A DNA stretch of 64,000 bases, from NCBI GenBank assembly GCA_944393245.1, contig CALXZM010000003.1, forward strand, positions 14,151 through 78,150, written 5' to 3'. The position numbers and the translations under genes are program-made. Source of the DNA: an uncultured Alphaproteobacteria bacterium. GTDB taxonomy: Bacteria; Pseudomonadota; Alphaproteobacteria; Rs-D84. Each line of letters begins with the position of its first letter. Within the stretch, counting starts at the first letter, position 1. Below, piece by piece: positions 59,786 to 64,000 of the stretch. The notes under the pieces are model-generated. The model ran no database searches, was not told where the DNA came from, and saw nothing but the letters and a program-made list of their open reading frames with translations.

Positions 59786-60142
59786 ATGTTGAAACATTTG
59801 TCTACAGAAGAAAGACGCACGTTGGCAAATCGCAGTGCGTTGAAAAGAAAAAATCCGGGAAAAATTCGCCTGTCGGTTTTTCGTTCGGGACGTCATATTG
59901 AAATCCAGGCCATTGATGATGTAAAGGGACATACGGTTTGCGCCGCATCGTCCAAGGAAAAAGGTTTCAAGGGCAAGGGATGGAACGTTGCCGGTGCTGA
60001 ATTGGTTGGCAAGGCATTCGCTGAACGCGCAGTAAAGGCAAATATTGCAGATAACTGCTATTTTGATCGTGGTGGATATCGTTATCACGGCCGTGTAAAG
60101 GCACTGTGTGAGGCAATCCGCGCGGGTGGCGTCAGAATTTAA
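59786..60142 (+). CDS. rplR: 50S ribosomal protein L18
   Basis: Conserved L18 blocks; operon position. Confidence 0.9.
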   Translation: MLKHLSTEERRTLANRSALKRKNPGKIRLSVFRSGRHIEIQAIDDVKGHTVCAASSKEKGFKGKGWNVAGAELVGKAFAERAVKANIADNCYFDRGGYRYHGRVKALCEAIRAGGVRI

Positions 60143-60164
60143 TCGGTAATATACGGAGTTTATA

Positions 60165-60725
60165 ATGGCACGTTTTGATGATAAAAAATTGCAAACGGAT
60201 AATTTGGTAGACAAACTGGTTTCTATCAACCGTGTTTCTAAAACTGTAAAAGGCGGACGCAATATGTCATTCGCGGCACTGGTTGTTGTCGGTGACAAGG
60301 CTGGACGCGTTGGTTTCGGCAAGGGTAAAGCGTTGGAAGTACAAAGCGCAGTTCAAAAAGCAACCAAGGCAGCCAAGGCAAAAATGATTCGTGTACCGTT
60401 AAAAGAAGGGCGCACTTTACATCATGACAGTTCTGCAAAATATGGTGCAAGTAAATTGGTCGTGCGCAGTGCTGTTCCGGGTACTGGAATTATTGCAGGT
60501 GGTGCGTTGCGCGCAGTGTTTGAATGTCTGGGGGTTCAGGACGTTGTTGTTAAGTCCCAGGGGTCAAATAATCCAAATAATATGATTCGTGCGGCTTTTC
60601 TGGCGTTTGCTAAAATGAATTCGCCGAAAACTGTTGCGGCACGTCGTGGTAAAAGCGTTGCTGAAATTATTGCCGGTCGTGACGGTAAAAAATTGGAAAA
60701 CAACGATGCTGCGGAAGCTAAATAA
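60165..60725 (+). CDS. rpsE: 30S ribosomal protein S5
   Basis: [18 protein letters not shown]...; dsRBD plus S5 C-terminal domain. Confidence 0.95.
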   Translation: MARFDDKKLQTDNLVDKLVSINRVSKTVKGGRNMSFAALVVVGDKAGRVGFGKGKALEVQSAVQKATKAAKAKMIRVPLKEGRTLHHDSSAKYGASKLVVRSAVPGTGIIAGGALRAVFECLGVQDVVVKSQGSNNPNNMIRAAFLAFAKMNSPKTVAARRGKSVAEIIAGRDGKKLENNDAAEAK

Positions 60726-60756
60726 TTATAAGTATCGATAAAAACGGAGACTAGTT

Positions 60757-60936
60757 ATGGCAAAAATAGTTGTAAAGCAGGTTAGAAGTGTTATCGGTCG
60801 TCCAGCCGCGCAGCGCAAAGTTGTGGCAGCGTTGGGTTTGGGACGTATTGGTAAAATGCACGAGGTCGAAGATACACCGGCTGTTCGTGGTATGGTGGCC
60901 AAAGTTTCACATCTGGTAGAGATTGTTGAAAAATAA
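60757..60936 (+). CDS. rpmD: 50S ribosomal protein L30
   Basis: 59 aa, [59 protein letters not shown]. Below the ORF-track length cutoff; found by reading the gap between rpsE and rplO. Confidence 0.85.
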   Translation: MAKIVVKQVRSVIGRPAAQRKVVAALGLGRIGKMHEVEDTPAVRGMVAKVSHLVEIVEK

Positions 60937-61018
60937 TTTTGATAAACCGAGTACACCAGTGGTGTGCGACAAAGAATCATGATACAATATGGTTCGCAGG
61001 ATAAAAGGAAACAAAAAA

Positions 61019-61476
61019 TGAAATTAAATGCTTTGATGGATAATTTCGGTGCACGCAGTAATGCTAAACGCGTTGGTCGTGGTATCGGTTCTGGGATGGG
61101 TAAAACCGCCGGTCGTGGTAACAAAGGGCAAAAGGCACGCAGTGGTTCACGCAAGCAGGCGACGTTCCAGGGTGGACAAATGCCAATTTTGCGTCGTTTC
61201 CCGAAATTCGGATTTAACAATCCATTTGCCAAAGAATACGTTACTATCAATTTGGGTGATATTGAAAAATTCATTGCGTCGGGCAAAATTGATGCTAAAT
61301 CACCAATCACAATTGATACGTTAATGAATGCCAAAATTATTAATCGCACAAAAGATGGATTAAAGATTTTGGCCAAGGGTGAAATCAAAACATCTGTAAA
61401 CATTGTTGCAGATAAATGGTCCAAGGCGGCCGAAGCTGCAATTGTTAAAGCAGGTGGTTCCATTACAAACAAATAA
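61019..61476 (+). CDS. rplO: 50S ribosomal protein L15
   Basis: MKLNALMDNFGARSNAKRVGRGIGSGMGKTAGRGNKGQ. Start at ATG 61019 after RBS AAAAGGAAA. Confidence 0.93.
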
Positions 61477-61534
61477 CAATAATGTATTGCATCCGGAAAC
61501 CCGGATGCAATACTGATTAATAAAGTTCGTTCGC

Positions 61535-62851
61535 ATGAAATTTTTGAGAGAATTTTTTGGAAGTATGTCCGATTTACAAAAGCGCATATTGTTTACAATA
61601 GGTGCGCTGATTGTATATCGTATCGGTTCGTTTATTCCATTGCCGGGGGTTAATGCGTCCGCGGTATTGCATCTGTTTACGGGTGAAGGCAGCGGAATGA
61701 TGGGAATGTTCGATATGTTTTCAGGCGGATCGTTATCGCGTATGTCTGTGTTGGCATTGAATATTTTCCCGTATATTTCGGCATCAATTGTATTGCAATT
61801 ATTAACCGCCACCAGCAAATCGTTGAACGAACTGCGCAAAGAGGGCGAATCGGGACGTATTAAAATTAATCAGTACACACGTTATTTGGCCGTGTTTTTG
61901 GCCGTTGTCCAGGGATGGGCCGTTGTGCGTGGATTGGAATCCATGGCGCCAGTTAATGGTGTTGCGGCGGTTGTTAATCCTGGATTTGCATTTGAATTAT
62001 CGGCCATTATCGCGTTGGTGGGTGGAACTGTTTTTGTTATGTGGTTGGCCGAACAAATTACTGCGCGTGGTATAGGCCAGGGGGCATCCCTGTTGATTTT
62101 CGCCGGTATTATCGCAGAGGTTCCAGGTGGTATCGCACAGTTGATGTCGTTGGGATCAGTTGGGCAAATTTCACCGGCCATGATTGCACTGATTGTTGTA
62201 TTCGTCGTTGGTATCGTTGCGCTGATTGCTTTCTTTGAACAGGCACAACGTCGTATTCAAATTCTGTATCCGCGCCAGGTTATGTCCAACGGCATTATGA
62301 ATACTAATGCATCTTATTTGCCAATCAAGGTTAACATGTCCGGGGTTATGGGGCCTGTGTTCGCAGCCAGTATTATGATGCTGCCGGCATTTATTCAGCG
62401 TTTCGTTCAAAGTGAAAATCCGATTGTGCAGTCTGTTATGGGATTTTTCACATATGGTACGTGGTCGTATATAATAACGTATACTATATTGATTGCGTTT
62501 TTTGCATATTTCCAGACGGCGGTTATTTTCAATTCAGAAGAAACTGCAAATAATCTGAAAAATGCAGGTGGGTATATTCCGGGGGTACGTCCGGGTGAAC
62601 AGACAATGCATTATTTGGATTCTGTTGTGTCGCGTACAACAGCCATCGGTGTATTGTATTTGATTGTTGTGTGCGTCGTACCTATTATTTTGAATACTCA
62701 TGCGGGTATGCCATTGGCAATCGGTGGAACAAGTGTATTGATTGTGGCCGGTGTGGTTTTGGATACTGTTAATCAGGCGCAGTCATATCTGGTGGCAAAG
62801 CAATATCGCAGTGTTATTAAAAAGGCACAAAAGAAGGGGCGGTTCCGTTAA
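61535..62851 (+). CDS. secY: Preprotein translocase subunit SecY
   Basis: 438 aa, 10 TM helices, conserved GSFIPLPGV and GNGISL-type blocks. Confidence 0.95.
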   Translation: MKFLREFFGSMSDLQKRILFTIGALIVYRIGSFIPLPGVNASAVLHLFTGEGSGMMGMFDMFSGGSLSRMSVLALNIFPYISASIVLQLLTATSKSLNELRKEGESGRIKINQYTRYLAVFLAVVQGWAVVRGLESMAPVNGVAAVVNPGFAFELSAIIALVGGTVFVMWLAEQITARGIGQGASLLIFAGIIAEVPGGIAQLMSLGSVGQISPAMIALIVVFVVGIVALIAFFEQAQRRIQILYPRQVMSNGIMNTNASYLPIKVNMSGVMGPVFAASIMMLPAFIQRFVQSENPIVQSVMGFFTYGTWSYIITYTILIAFFAYFQTAVIFNSEETANNLKNAGGYIPGVRPGEQTMHYLDSVVSRTTAIGVLYLIVVCVVPIILNTHAGMPLAIGGTSVLIVAGVVLDTVNQAQSYLVAKQYRSVIKKAQKKGRFR

Positions 62852-63005
62852 TTGAATTGGCGGAATTGTAATAAAATTTGACTTTTGCGGCATTTTATAT
62901 AAAATAATGCGGCAAAATAAAATACGCGTGTAATTGTTTTTGATTGCATGTGGTTGTATCGGGGCGCGAAAACGCGCACCACAGTAAATAAAAGGAAAAT
63001 GAAAA

Positions 63006-63383
63006 ATGGCACGTATAGCAGGTGTTAACATTCCGACAGACAAGCGCATTGAAATTGCGTTGCAATACATTCATGGTATTGGCCCAGCCAAGGCAGCGCA
63101 AATTTGCAAGGCCCTGAAATTAAAAGACGGGTTGCGCGCCAAAGATTTGACTGATGCGGATATTGTTAAAATTTCTAGTTACATTGAACAAAACTTTAAG
63201 GTCGAAGGTGACGTTCGTCGCGAAGTTGCAATGAACATCAAACGTTTACAGGATTTGAAAACATATCGCGGTATTCGTCATCGTAATCGTTTGCCGGTTC
63301 GCGGCCAGCGTACACGTACAAACGCACGTACCCGCAAGGGCAAGCGTGTCGTTGTCGCAGGGTCTGCGGTCAAGGGTAAATAA
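63006..63383 (+). CDS. rpsM: 30S ribosomal protein S13
   Basis: [26 protein letters not shown]... Follows secY directly, with no adk or rpmJ in between. Confidence 0.95.
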   Translation: MARIAGVNIPTDKRIEIALQYIHGIGPAKAAQICKALKLKDGLRAKDLTDADIVKISSYIEQNFKVEGDVRREVAMNIKRLQDLKTYRGIRHRNRLPVRGQRTRTNARTRKGKRVVVAGSAVKGK

Positions 63384-63446
63384 TATTAACAGGTAGAGAT
63401 TAACACGATAGTTAATTGAAGACATCTAAATCAAAGGTAAAAAATA

Positions 63447-63830
63447 ATGGCAGTAACAAAAGCTAAAAAGAAAGTCGTAAAAAAGGTATCACATGGCATC
63501 GCCCACGTGGTCGCGACAAATAACAATACACGTATCACAATCACAGATCAATCTGGGGCTGTGTTGGCATGGGCAACCGCGGGTGCAAATAATTTCAAGG
63601 GTGCAAAAAAATCAACACCATATGCCGCAACGGTTGTTGCTGATGCAGTTGGCAAGAAAGTTGCTGAAATGGGTATGAAAACGGTTGACGTTTTGATGCG
63701 TGGTATTGGCCAGGGTCGTGAATCTGCTGTCCGTGGGTTGGCGAATGCGGGATTGATTGTTCAATCCATTACCGATACGACACGTATTCCGCATAATGGT
63801 TGCCGCCCGAAAAAAGTACGTCGCGTCTAA
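63447..63830 (+). CDS. rpsK: 30S ribosomal protein S11
   Basis: GIAHVVATNNNTRITITD..., and the C-terminal PHNGCRPKKVRRV. Confidence 0.95.
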   Translation: MAVTKAKKKVVKKVSHGIAHVVATNNNTRITITDQSGAVLAWATAGANNFKGAKKSTPYAATVVADAVGKKVAEMGMKTVDVLMRGIGQGRESAVRGLANAGLIVQSITDTTRIPHNGCRPKKVRRV

Positions 63831-63835
63831 TTCAA

Positions 63836-63861
63836 AATCCCGCAAAAGCGGGATTTTTTAT
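63836..63861 (+). terminator. Intrinsic terminator after rpsK (ATCCCGC-AAAA-GCGGGAT + T6)
   Basis: Perfect 7-bp stem followed by TTTTTTATT. Confidence 0.7.
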
Positions 63862-64000
63862 TATTATAATTTTTTGTTATTTATTTTAATAAATATTAGT
63901 ATATTATTGTATAAATAATCGTGAGCTATTATGAAAACAGGTATGGAAATACTGAAAGTTTGTCCAAAATATTGTGATATGCTTTACCGTGTTCATTCTA

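Noticed and set aside
63931-64000. Start of rpoA after rpsK
   Set aside because: An ATG ORF begins at 63931, but its N-terminus (MKTGMEILKVCPKYCDMLYRV) does not resemble the RpoA N-terminus. It is also truncated by the window edge, so it is left unannotated.

Overview
This is an AT-rich (~40% GC) chromosomal segment with proteobacterial, most likely alphaproteobacterial/intracellular-symbiont-like, gene content. It starts at dnaA, then carries a 659-aa type IIA topoisomerase B subunit (length fits parE better than gyrB), dnaJ, pgsA, uvrC, a type IV pilin-like gene, rluC, asmA, dnaN, ppa, efp, fba, tolB, plsC, ftsEX, pal, rbfA, lepA, acpP-fabF, one tRNA-Pro(CGG) and mltG. It ends with a contiguous str-S10-spc-alpha ribosomal block (rpsL-rpsG-fusA-tuf-rpsJ ... 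secY-rpsM-rpsK) that lacks adk and rpmJ. The housekeeping backbone is interrupted by several accessory loci that are not explained by standard annotation. (1) 27.5-34.8 kb: four tandem, same-strand paralogous genes for secreted, highly repetitive Ala/Thr/Asp-rich fibre-like proteins (916, 612, 541 and 302 aa) with shared N-terminal signal/IASKGYVD motif, shared Trp-containing C-termini, a collagen-like GPQGPQGEKGEKGDPGD segment and long near-identical intragenic DNA repeats. This looks like a phage-tail-fibre/collagen-like surface fibre family and is the best candidate for an undescribed and possibly variable surface system. (2) 16.3-21.2 kb, between fba and tolB: an island with two tandem paralogous lipoproteins, a 399-aa secreted Cys-rich protein with ephrin-receptor/TNFR-like CxxCxxGxY repeats, a third small lipoprotein, an orphan VirB2/TrbC-like pilin, and a two-gene operon of an RHH (BrnA-antitoxin-like) protein plus a DinD/Bro-N-like protein. 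(3) 38.7-40.5 kb: two small Cys-rich paralogs followed by a degenerate tyrosine-integrase-like gene whose active-site residues appear lost. (4) A ~180-bp structured element at 35.0-35.18 kb with 9-bp terminal inverted repeats, internal hairpins and an intrinsic terminator 16 nt before a PAP2 phosphatase gene. It is either a riboswitch/attenuator-like leader or a MITE-like relic. Other notable items are a tandemly duplicated hairpin element between efp and fba, a 7-mer microsatellite upstream of the str operon promoter, and a second secreted Cys-rich, C-terminally anchored protein next to dnaA. All calls come from reading the sequence and the six-frame translations. No database search was run.
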